Below are positions 1 to 9,701 of a stretch of DNA of 64,000 nt, in pieces. Each line of letters opens with the position of its first letter. The stretch's first letter is position 1. Source of the stretch: Epithemia pelagica (lineage: Eukaryota > Protista > Bacillariophyta); the NCBI GenBank assembly GCA_946965045.2, contig OX337242.1, positions 1,302,001 through 1,366,000 on the forward strand. The letters run 5' to 3'. The notes under the pieces are model-generated. The model was not told the DNA's origin. It saw nothing but the letters and a program-made list of their open reading frames with translations, and searched no databases. The position numbers and the translations under genes were made by a program.

Positions 1-210
1 ACATTTTTGGATCAACAAGGATTTGCGCCTTTTGCGGAAGTGGTAGAAGGGATGCAATACATCGAGGCCATCAACAAAGAATACGGGGAACGGCCGGACC
101 AAGGGCAAATCGAACGCGAGGGCAATACATATCTCAACAGGGAGTTCCCAAACCTTTCGTACATTGTCATCGTGTACGAAGAGACTCCCATTGCAAAGGG
201 CGGAAACTAG
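1..210 (+). CDS. Cyclophilin-type peptidyl-prolyl isomerase, 3-prime end (partial, runs off window start)
   Basis: Frame is open from base 1 (TFLDQQGFAPFAEVVEGMQYIEAINKEYGERPDQ...EFPNLSYI) to TAG at 208-210. It is clearly similar to the C-terminus of the cyclophilin at 1666-2676 (YLDKEGFAPFAQVLQGMEYVDKINAQYKEKPNQ...EFPDLSYI). Confidence 0.85.
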   Translation, partial: TFLDQQGFAPFAEVVEGMQYIEAINKEYGERPDQGQIEREGNTYLNREFPNLSYIVIVYEETPIAKGGN

Positions 211-419
211 GGGCGCAATAAGGATCAACTTCACAAGGGATGATAGAGAAGGGCTGACGGAAGTTTTACCCGTGACTCGTGACGCTTCATAAAGAGCAAC
301 ATTCAACAACCTTTCACGTTTTCATTATATTGCATAAACTTCTGTCATTTGTGGTAACTGTAATAGACAAAATATTAAAGATGCATTGAATGTCACTTCC
401 ATTGTGCTCCCCGATAGTT

Positions 420-1151
420 TTAGTCACTGCGACAAGCCACATTTTGAATCCATGAAGAAAGATGATCCTTCGAAAGCGGTCCCAATCGCTGATCAAGCAC
501 CTGGCCATTGGAACGGTGGAGGACCCATGTAGGGCTTCCTCTGGCCCGAATCGAGTAGAATACATGGGCAATCTTCTCAGGAAGTACTCGTTGGTCAATG
601 GTATTTAATAGGTTCTGCAATGCATGGTGAGGGATTCCGCCACGCGAAAGGACTTCCCGCTTGACCTGTTCTTTCGTCGCGTCCAGAGCCAACTGAATCA
701 AGTCATGTGGTGCCTTGTCCTTGTCCACCACAATGTCGTGTGCCACGGGCATGACAAGCTTTTCGTAGTAGCGAGCGGCGGATGAGCCCAAGGCCTGTTG
801 TGAAACTCCCACCAATTCTTGTTTCTCAAGCATCGCTTTGGCAGATTCGACCGTGTTGTACTCAAAATCTTCAAAGGCAGTCGAGACAACGTATATATCA
901 ACTGGGAAATGTTGTTCTGGACAATCCTTCGTATTCTTCTTGGCGGCTTGCTGTTCCAGGTATAGGTCGTTGAGAACGGGAAGAGCCGCTTGGTGACAAC
1001 CAGGACAATTGGGTTGAATTAGCAAACAAAGCTTGAGTGCAGACTTGTCCGATCCGTTAATGTCATCCGGTGACCCTTGCAACCAAACCAATGAATCCAG
1101 TGGTGGCATGAATTGTGATGGTGGGGAAGTGGTCGATGAATAATCGCTCAT
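420..1151 (-). CDS. Thioredoxin-fold protein with CPGC motif
   Basis: 243-aa ATG ORF. LLIQPNCPGCH CxxC motif followed by VVSTAFEDF and a late GSPTW cis-Pro-like motif, as in TlpA/peroxiredoxin-like folds. Confidence 0.65.
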   Translation of the reverse strand: MSDYSSTTSPPSQFMPPLDSLVWLQGSPDDINGSDKSALKLCLLIQPNCPGCHQAALPVLNDLYLEQQAAKKNTKDCPEQHFPVDIYVVSTAFEDFEYNTVESAKAMLEKQELVGVSQQALGSSAARYYEKLVMPVAHDIVVDKDKAPHDLIQLALDATKEQVKREVLSRGGIPHHALQNLLNTIDQRVLPEKIAHVFYSIRARGSPTWVLHRSNGQVLDQRLGPLSKDHLSSWIQNVACRSD

Positions 1152-1665
1152 GGTTCCAACACAAAGTCAACAAGTTATGGTATCTGTTCAGTTTGAGATA
1201 TGTAACAAGTTTTGGTGTCTGTTCAGTTTGACATATGTTTTGTGATCATTCTTCCAAGTACGAGGGAGACAAGGAAGATCAAGAGGGTCACATCGTAGAT
1301 TCATTCCTCATGGTTCCTTGATTCAAGTGCAGGAAGTTTGGAGCCCAAAGTCCATCGTCGTGTCATGAAAATGTTGCCCAAGAAGTCTCGTATTATCGTC
1401 CCCCAAATCCCCCAAGCCATACGCGCGCCACGCCACTTGCCGCCGTGGCCCTTTGGAGAGGGTAGAGTTTCCAAGGAGAAGGCATAGCTAAGCAACTGGA
1501 GTAAATACGGATACTCCTACTACCTACAAGCTTTTAGAGCGAAAGTCTCAACCACATTCAGTCTATTATCACGAATTATGATCCCATGACATGTCCTTCA
1601 AACGCATCTTTCTATTCCCGGTACCTGACAAGCCCTTGATTCCTTCGCCTCCAATTTCCCCCCAT

Positions 1666-2676
1666 TCAAATTTGACTTTCAATCATATCCTGGTCCTCTT
1701 CTCGCAGAGATACAATGTAGGAGAGATCCGGAAATTCCTCCATGAGATATTCGTTTCCGCGCTTTTGAATCTTGGATTGATTCGGCTTTTCCTTGTACTG
1801 TGCATTGATTTTGTCCACGTACTCCATACCCTGAAGAACTTGAGCAAAAGGAGCAAAGCCCTCCTTGTCCAAATAAGCGTTATCACGCTTGTTGATGAAA
1901 AGTTGGGTATTGCGGGTGTTCTTTCCCGATGTTGCGTAGGTGATTGTTCCTCTTTGATTGCTTCGTTCTACAGGATCGTCCACCAGCTTGTCGTGTCTGA
2001 TTTTCTCCCGCCATTTCTGCTGAACTGAAGGGTTGGCAGCAATCCCAAATTGTACCACAAAATTTGGAACCACTCGAAAGAAACGACATTGATCATAGAA
2101 TCCTTCTTTTACCAACTGTTGGAAATGAGCAACACCCAAAGGTGCCCAGTCAGGACGGGTTTCGATTATCACTGTGCCGATATGGGTCTCTGTCAGTTCA
2201 TTTCCGACCAATCCTGCCAGTTCCATGACGTAACGCTTGGAAACAAGCATCTCGTCGCTGTTATTATCCTTAGTGGCAGCCTTGTCATTTACACTTTTCG
2301 GTCGGTCTTTTGGTTCGTTGTCAACTGCTTTGGGGTTTTCCCGAAGTCTTTGGTCAGATCTCTTCAAGTTTGCAACGGGTGTTGTCTTCTTATCTATTGA
2401 GGATGAAGTCCGTAATCCATTGGAATCCTTTTCGGCTTGACTACCACTATTTCGCAACAAGGTTCCAATAATTAAAAGCACCATACTAAGACAAATCAGG
2501 CACAAGGACAGTTCTCGGCGCCGATGAAACAAAAACTCAGACGTTGCCCTCGAGACCTCCTTGCGCCGCCTCCATCGGTCCGGACCTGATCCACCAGTTT
2601 GTCTGTATTGGATCAACTGCGGACCTCCAAGGTCATTCTCTTTGGTATTGGCCGAACTTCGTTTCATGGTCGCCAT
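1666..2676 (-). CDS. Membrane-anchored cyclophilin-type PPIase
   Basis: First in-frame ATG at 2676. Hydrophobic segment LSLCLICLSMVLLIIGTLL, then cyclophilin motifs APLGVAHF, FFRVVPNFVVQFG, RGTITYA, TQLFIN, GFAPFA. Confidence 0.9.
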   Translation of the reverse strand: MATMKRSSANTKENDLGGPQLIQYRQTGGSGPDRWRRRKEVSRATSEFLFHRRRELSLCLICLSMVLLIIGTLLRNSGSQAEKDSNGLRTSSSIDKKTTPVANLKRSDQRLRENPKAVDNEPKDRPKSVNDKAATKDNNSDEMLVSKRYVMELAGLVGNELTETHIGTVIIETRPDWAPLGVAHFQQLVKEGFYDQCRFFRVVPNFVVQFGIAANPSVQQKWREKIRHDKLVDDPVERSNQRGTITYATSGKNTRNTQLFINKRDNAYLDKEGFAPFAQVLQGMEYVDKINAQYKEKPNQSKIQKRGNEYLMEEFPDLSYIVSLREEDQDMIESQI

Positions 2677-2955
2677 AGAAAAAGATTTGAAAGAAGACCG
2701 AGAGAGGCTAAAAAAGTGCCTCACATGTTTTGGTCGTGGTGTTGTTGGTGACTGTATTTCAGTCGCGTTTCGTCTCGACTTACGAACGCGCACCTTTTTT
2801 GGCTACGTGCTCTAGGTACTATAGCTGGAGGATATAGAGAGTGGATTGATAACAATGAGACACACAATAGACGTTTTGCGCTTACGGATGACTATATAGG
2901 GAGCAAATTCGTTCGAGTCAGCCCTTTGATAGATAATGGAACGCGTCAAGCTTTC

Positions 2956-4092
2956 TTAAATACCGGGGGCCATGGAGCGGAGCTTCTCCAAAATGTCACT
3001 AGGAACGAGCCCTTCCAATAGAATCGGTTCTCCGGACGGCTCCTCCAGGCAAATTGGACTGTAGGAGATCCTTGTTCGAATGCCCTCGCGGAAGGTCAGA
3101 CAATCGTAGGCGCGGGCCGCAGTACCGTGCTGAGCCAATTTCTTTTTCTTGTACCAGACCACGTCACCCTCGACACAATAGTCGTTGGGGTTTCCAAATC
3201 GACCACAAGGGAAGGGCTCCTTTGTCATTGGGTTGACAAATACAGCCGAGAAGTGAGGCTCGTGGTCGCCCTTGCCTGGTTTCATCCATGTTATATAATC
3301 CTTGTTTCCAGCAGATATACGACGAGGAACATCGAACAACCATGCGTGCAAGGTTTGGCATGGAGCCTGGGTAAGACTTGTGGGACGAGACGGTGGAGTG
3401 ACAGCGGGGGCTGATGCACCATTGGCTGTGCCATGGCGTGGCGAGGACGAAGCGGCGTAGAATCTGCTTGAGTTCTCTGGCTCATTACCAGAATGAGGCG
3501 TCACCGTGGACACACTGTCCGCCGACGGAATCACGTGCACTTCCGTTGTCTGACTAGGATGATGGTTATCCCGCAATGTGGCCATTCCGTCACCTGACCT
3601 TTCTTCTACAATCAAGGTGAGACAACAACCAAGCCCTGATGGGACAACACTATTTTTAGCAATCTTCAACATACCTTGATACTGCTGGGTGTGAAAAGGA
3701 TTGTGGCTTGGCAGGTTTGTTTGCAAAAAGGGAGTTCCCTGGGCCAGCGAAGCCATCATGTCCGATGTACCTAATTGAACATGACGGTTGCTTGCGCGTA
3801 CACTCGAAGAGGAGAAAGAGATGTCCATTCCATCCATAGGACTCTGTGTTGGTGGAGCCTCTCCATGGCCATGCTTTTGAGGGAATGACTGTACATGCGA
3901 AGAAGCATCAGAGAACTGGTTGTGTGAAGCAGCGCTGGAGAGTGAAGCAGCGCTGGAGAAACCAAGTGTCGGTGCTGCAGAAGAAGCGTCATTTTGCGTG
4001 AAGTCGGCAGTCATCATGTTGGTTTCTTGACCATAAAAGTTTCCCGTGGGGACCTCAGGCATCATGTTTGGCGTTCGACCATCAGCTTGCAT
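2956..4092 (-). CDS. Protein with C-terminal divergent dsRBD-like domain (copy A, domain ~3085-3357)
   Basis: 378-aa ORF with low-complexity N-terminus. C-terminal LHAW...YITW...H...FSAVFVNP.T.E.FP.GRFG...WYKKKKLAQHGTAARAYDCL matches three other ORFs in the window. Confidence 0.7.
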   Translation of the reverse strand: MQADGRTPNMMPEVPTGNFYGQETNMMTADFTQNDASSAAPTLGFSSAASLSSAASHNQFSDASSHVQSFPQKHGHGEAPPTQSPMDGMDISFSSSSVRASNRHVQLGTSDMMASLAQGTPFLQTNLPSHNPFHTQQYQGMLKIAKNSVVPSGLGCCLTLIVEERSGDGMATLRDNHHPSQTTEVHVIPSADSVSTVTPHSGNEPENSSRFYAASSSPRHGTANGASAPAVTPPSRPTSLTQAPCQTLHAWLFDVPRRISAGNKDYITWMKPGKGDHEPHFSAVFVNPMTKEPFPCGRFGNPNDYCVEGDVVWYKKKKLAQHGTAARAYDCLTFREGIRTRISYSPICLEEPSGEPILLEGLVPSDILEKLRSMAPGI

Positions 4093-4333
4093 GGTTACTG
4101 GAAGTGGAGAAATGAAAACTATGAGACAAAACGCACATGTATTTCAAGTTTTGGTGAAAAACACGTACCTCCACTCTTACAATGCACAATTTCAGACTTT
4201 TGTGTGAAAGTGTGCGTCACTTGATTGATTGATATCTTTTCAATCTGCGTACTTCACACCAACTACCAAGAACGATCGACGCACCAGCCCATAGCGAATT
4301 TGTTCCGTCCTTGCTTTCAATGGCCCTTGTTTA

Positions 4334-6301
4334 TCAGCGACGAAACGAAGCTTGAACCTCTTTTATACGTTCAAGGACGTCTGGTGGTAGGTAATCAGGG
4401 AGATTGAGTCGATCCACGGACGGAGTCTCCAAACAAACAGCCTCGTATGGAACTCCCAGTCTCACGGACTGACGGTACTGTAGACAATCGTACGCTCGGG
4501 CGGCCGCCGCGGTTTCGGCACCTTTCTTGTTGAAAAACCAAATAATAGAAGTCAACTCTGGATCCGTTTGCTCCACAACAAACTGATCCTCACTTCCATA
4601 ACGAGCAGATGGGAAGCATTCTCCTGACGTTGGGTCCACAAAAATACTAGAAAATCTCTTGAGATGACAGGGACCGCCATTATCCCAAGTCACGTAATTG
4701 TGTGCGCCAATAGAGACTCGCATTTCCTGGCTAAACCATTTGTAGAGGCTATTCCGGACTTGTAGATTGGATACACGGGATGTTGGGGACGAGTGTGAAT
4801 TTACCGATGGAGATGGCGGTTGCGGTGAGGGTTCTGCGTGGCTGGCTTGTGCGAATGGTCCCGGTGTCGCTTCTTGACCAACATCACTGCGTCTACCTCC
4901 GGATAGAAGTGCATTAAAAATATCGTCTTTTGTCATCAAATTTTCCCCAAAAGAAGGTCCATACGTTTCGAGTAGAATTTGCCGGAGTTGTGGAATCGAC
5001 AGTTGACGCAAGGACTCTACGGAACGTTCCTCCCCTCGCGGAGAAGGATCCACAGCACTTCGACGACTCCCTTTCAAGTAGTTTACCAGTTCGGAATGTT
5101 GCATGCCATGGCAGTTGTGATTCGTCGGTAGCAACGACTGTATCTCATCCATACTCAGTCGATCCAATTCATGGTACAATCGAGCATGCATGCGTTCCAG
5201 ACGTCCACGCTCAAACTCCGGATCGTCCGTTTCCAGTTCCCAGCGACAGGTTGGGCATGAGCAGTGTTTCCTCAACCACGTATTAATGCAGTTTCGGTGA
5301 AAGCCATGTTTGCAAGGAAGATGAACAACGGCATCTGCTAGCTTGTACGTTTGACAGCAAATTTCACAGCTCTCGTTCGCATCGAGATGGTGTTGGCGGA
5401 TACGCGTTACTGGCAAGCTATTCACAACCCGTTCGGAAGCACGAGGAGATGCTCTTGGTTGCCCAGTTGCTTCCTCTAACGAAGCCTGCATGGCTGCTCT
5501 TAGTTGTTCTTCTTCCAGATTATGACTTGGAGGTACGTCCGCCAGGGAGTTATTCATTGCCTCTGTGAGATCGGCATCAAACATACCTTGTACTTCTTCC
5601 GCATTCATTGAATCTAGCAATGGATCTTGGTCGACTGGAGAGGTGGAGGAGGGTGGCTCTGCAAAAATGCGATTCACTCCCCAATCAACAGCGACCTCAA
5701 CCGACTCTTGACCTCCATGAGGGACACTTGTTGTCCAAGGATTCGTATCCTCCCTGTGTGCCGTCGCACCGTGCCTTTCAGAGGCATGTTGCGGGTGAAG
5801 AACATGCCCACTGCCCAAAAGCTGACTGTTGATTCCTGACGGAGCCGAACGAGAGGTCCTCTCGGTGGCGGCACCACTTTGGTCATGACGCAAAGAAACA
5901 TTTTGCGGCGAGTCAACGGGGCCTTGTGTGTATCCGAGGCTTTCCATCAGGTCGACACCACCGGATGTTGGATTTCCCGGTGACGTTGAATGTTCTTGAG
6001 AGAGAGCAGTCGCAGTACCTCGTTCGAGTGATTCTTGCTCTTCAACCCAAAATGAGTTTGGACGACGAGTCGGTCCTTCCTGAGAGTGTGTGGATACAGG
6101 TGGTGGGGATGCTTCGGTTGGGGAACTAGGCTCCTCGACGGATTCTGCGAATACCAAAGGAATGGAGTGATTTTCATCATGTTCGCTTGGAGATTTTGCA
6201 GCCGTCTCTGTACTAGGACCACCACCACCACCTAGCAAGGAAATCCATTGGTCATCGTCCGGAGGAGCTCCTTCGTCGCAATCTTCAAACGCCGCGTCCA
6301 T
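4334..6301 (-). CDS. UIM + RING-H2 + dsRBD-like protein (putative E3 ubiquitin ligase; copy B)
   Basis: First ATG at 6301. UIM-like EEEQLRAAMQASLEE (~5471-5515); RING-H2 CEIC..CKHGFHRNC..W..CPTC (~5243-5368); shared dsRBD-like domain at ~4469-4756. Confidence 0.8.
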   Translation of the reverse strand: MDAAFEDCDEGAPPDDDQWISLLGGGGGPSTETAAKSPSEHDENHSIPLVFAESVEEPSSPTEASPPPVSTHSQEGPTRRPNSFWVEEQESLERGTATALSQEHSTSPGNPTSGGVDLMESLGYTQGPVDSPQNVSLRHDQSGAATERTSRSAPSGINSQLLGSGHVLHPQHASERHGATAHREDTNPWTTSVPHGGQESVEVAVDWGVNRIFAEPPSSTSPVDQDPLLDSMNAEEVQGMFDADLTEAMNNSLADVPPSHNLEEEQLRAAMQASLEEATGQPRASPRASERVVNSLPVTRIRQHHLDANESCEICCQTYKLADAVVHLPCKHGFHRNCINTWLRKHCSCPTCRWELETDDPEFERGRLERMHARLYHELDRLSMDEIQSLLPTNHNCHGMQHSELVNYLKGSRRSAVDPSPRGEERSVESLRQLSIPQLRQILLETYGPSFGENLMTKDDIFNALLSGGRRSDVGQEATPGPFAQASHAEPSPQPPSPSVNSHSSPTSRVSNLQVRNSLYKWFSQEMRVSIGAHNYVTWDNGGPCHLKRFSSIFVDPTSGECFPSARYGSEDQFVVEQTDPELTSIIWFFNKKGAETAAAARAYDCLQYRQSVRLGVPYEAVCLETPSVDRLNLPDYLPPDVLERIKEVQASFRR

Positions 6302-6726
6302 GAGAAAGGTGTTTGTTGTATGCAATCCGCCGATGTTCGCGGGGGGCTTCTAGACTTTGCAGTGAAGGGAATGAACTGCGACTCCAATCTCCTAGACTCC
6401 GTGGGAGTTTTTGTTGCGAGTCTACAAAGTGCTGACGGTCCAACTCCAAACACATGGAACGCTTCTATCCCGTAAGACGATCATGAGGTGGGCGTACCAA
6501 CGATGCACATGGTTTTTCGTTTCCTGCCTATCGTCATGGTCCATGAAATAGACGGATCGAAAGACGTTGACAACCGATAATGTCATATCGATGTCTCATT
6601 GAAGTCGTCCCTGTGTCACAGCGCGTCTCTAAGATCGTGATGGATCTTTTCTTGTTGGATTGGATGGACGACATGCCAACAGAATTGGACCAACAAAACA
6701 ATCTTACGATTTGTCATAGAGTTATA

Positions 6727-8094
6727 ATGGTCAAAGTCCAAGCATCGTTTGAGAGTCTTTGTGTCCTTTTGTTGGTATCTGCATCATCGACGCTTTCATT
6801 GTCGCGTCCTGTTGAACATCGGATATCACGGCGTCAATGGTTGAGAGTGCTCCCCGCCTTGCCTTCCACACTGTTATGGCATCGTCAGGAAGATGACTCG
6901 AGAGCCAACGCTGCCATTGTGGATGAACCCACCGCTTTCAAACGGCCGTTGGGCCCCTCGCTGGCCCCCGAATATTTTCAATCACCAATCGACACTGCCC
7001 CAAGCGCCGGACGGTCGTACTTCCCGACCCTTACACCACCCTTTCAAAACAGAGCCACGTTCCGCTACACGGTGGGTCGCAATACGTGGGCCTTGGAACA
7101 GTTGCTCACCTTTGTCAATGTCACGGCGTCGATTCGCTGTCACGTCGTGAAATTGTAGTCCACGGGGGGACTGTGGGTGCACAGTCCTCAATGGCCGACG
7201 GGAGAATTGTGTCACTTGTTGAATGACTTGGGTGCACCCGTCCAACACATTGTCCTCCCCTGCAATGCCTTGGAACACAAGGCACCGATGAAAGCCTTTG
7301 TGCAACGGTACCCGGAGGCAAGCGTGTGGATATCACCCGGTCAGTATGGACCCTTTGGATCGTGTGGTCAAACACAAAAGGATCCAATGACTATGGGATA
7401 TCGAGTCGATGGTGTTCTGGGAAGTCCAGAAATGGCCTTAGAACCTCCACCATGGGCCGATGAATTTGACATGGCTACCTTGTACTTGGACTTACCCAAG
7501 AATGCCGGACCCGTTTCGGAAGTGGCGTTTTGTCATCGTCCAACCAAAACCTTGATTGCTACAGACGCGGTCGTGTACATTCCTAATACCGATACAGCTC
7601 GTTTAGACTTGTTTGAGACGTACTTTGCTCCCAAAGTAGTGCAAGACGATCCCACTTTTTGGCCACGAACAGTCTTACAGGCAGTCTTTTTGCCCCTTCG
7701 TACCGACCAGGATAATCCGATGCGATATCCTGGCTATGAGGCCATTCGAGAGAGGCTGATTCGAGCTCCCATTCTTCGAGCCTTTGTGGATGCTCGTGCA
7801 CCTATCCAAGTACAAGAATGGACCAACCAGATTGCCCAATGGGACTTTGATCGAATCCTGACCAGTCATTTTGCGTCACCCATTTGGGCCACACCCCGTG
7901 AGTTTGTCCAAGCCTTTGCCTACTTGTCGCCATCCTCCGAATCCGGCAGTGACGATGACAATCGTTTGACGCTTCCTCCCATTGCCTGCCAAGATTGGGA
8001 GTTGTTGCAGAATCTCAATGCTGTAATTTCCGACTACAATTTGGGAGAACCCGCCATTTTCGATTATCAGCGGGGCTGTGTAGAAACCAATTAA
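6727..8094 (+). pseudogene. DUF4336-family (metallo-beta-lactamase-like) gene interrupted by an in-frame TAG at 7156-7158
   Basis: ORFs 6580-7158 and 7177-8094 are in the same frame and read IRCHVVKL*STGGLWVHSP, a continuous DUF4336-like motif. Downstream: EHK, EVAFCHRPTKTLIATDAV, WDFDRILTSHF. ATG 6727 starts a signal-peptide-like sequence. No intron can remove the stop. Confidence 0.7.
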
Positions 8095-8647
8095 TTTCGA
8101 TGAAAACAAGAGTAACATTAAAAGGAAGACAATCGTGGAGATGCTTGGATCAATAAACGATTGGGAAACTTCCGCATGGGCATGAGGTTGTATTTACATT
8201 GCAGGAGGTTCGTTTTCTTTTCTGCTATGGTCTGCGCCGTCATCCGCTATTGATGGATGGAACGCCTTTTGTGAAGAGAAAGCGCTTTCTTTGAAGTACT
8301 TCTTGTAACGCGATGAGGAGGGCGTGATTTAAGGCATGACCAATTTACAAGAAGAGGCTGTTTCGATTCATCCATGAGTAAGGTTTGAGACCGTTTTTGT
8401 GATGCATCGATCGATGCTCATTCTTGGATGTAAATAAGGTCTTGATGGTAGTTAGACACGCAAAAGTTACAAATAGCAACATCGATATATCTTGTACAGA
8501 TTCTACATCTATTGTTGAAAGGTATCTTTGCCTTTGGCTGTGCTCTGTATATTGTCATGAATGGAGGAAAATTGCACATTGTCGTCATGTTTGTTTCCCT
8601 CCAACCAAGGTGGTGGTTGTAGGCCCTCTACTCTATCTGCTGCTCTT

Positions 8648-9178
8648 TCAATCCCACCATTCGTTGATGGCGCAATTGCATGTTATGTACTGCTTCGTGA
8701 TTGGATCTCTTCGGACAAGGCACATTCCATGATGCCATTTACGAAACCAAATCACTTTTCCTTGTTCTTCATCAAAGTATCCGACGACACCACCATTCCA
8801 TTCTTCTTCCCATTCCACTTGTTTCGTCAAGGGGTTGTAAACACCGGCAACGCCATGATGCCAAGATTCGTGCCATTCCACTTTTTGTGTGTGAGGGTTG
8901 TACACACCGGCTACACCGCCATTCCACAGTTCCTTCCATTCCACTTGTTTGATATGAGGATTATACACTCCGGCCACTCCATGATTCCAAACCTCCTTCC
9001 ATTCAATTGTGTTGGTACTTGGGTTGTATACACCGGCTATGCCTCCATGCCAACGCTTCCGCCATTCCACTTCTTTCGTGTTGGGATCGAATACTCCACA
9101 GATGGATCCATTCCAATAGGTTTCAATGACCCCATCTGGTACATTGTACGTTTCTTCAAGGGATTGTGCGCAGCCCAT
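8648..9178 (-). CDS. Small Trp-rich 21-aa tandem-repeat protein with N-terminal MGC lipidation motif
   Basis: 176-aa ORF starting MGCAQS, with about 6.5 repeats of consensus W(N/H)xGVAGVYNPxTxxVEWxEx. Confidence 0.75.
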   Translation of the reverse strand: MGCAQSLEETYNVPDGVIETYWNGSICGVFDPNTKEVEWRKRWHGGIAGVYNPSTNTIEWKEVWNHGVAGVYNPHIKQVEWKELWNGGVAGVYNPHTQKVEWHESWHHGVAGVYNPLTKQVEWEEEWNGGVVGYFDEEQGKVIWFRKWHHGMCLVRRDPITKQYITCNCAINEWWD

Positions 9179-9701
9179 ATTTTTCTTCGATATCTAGCGG
9201 TTGTTGTTTCTTCGATTTTTTGGTTTTATGAGAAAAGACATTGGTTTTGTGAGTAGCGCGTACTCCCGCCTATCCGGTTTTGCCAAAAACAAACGACCCA
9301 CCACAACCCGCTGTTCCGAGTGCCGACGAGTATTCGCGCTTCCCCCAGTAGTTGTCGCCCTTCTTCAGTTTTGGGGGGTGCTATCTTCTTCACTTGGGTC
9401 CGGTGGGGGGGGAGAAATTTTAGCGCTATTGCAGCCATGGCTCAATGGCTATGGGGTCTTGAGTGCATCACATAGTAGATCTAAGTTTCCTCCGCCTTTG
9501 TCATTGTTGGCTTCTGACATCAGTTCATGAATAAACCTTTGTGTTTTGTGTTTACATTTACGATGGGCAGAATCCATGATTTCTTGACAATCGACTGCAA
9601 AGTATGAAGGTACGCGAAAGTCAAAAAAACAAAGGGCAACAGACTTTAAAGAGATGGCGCGAAAGATCTTCAAACCTAGGTTAGGACTCAGTCACAAACT
9701 G

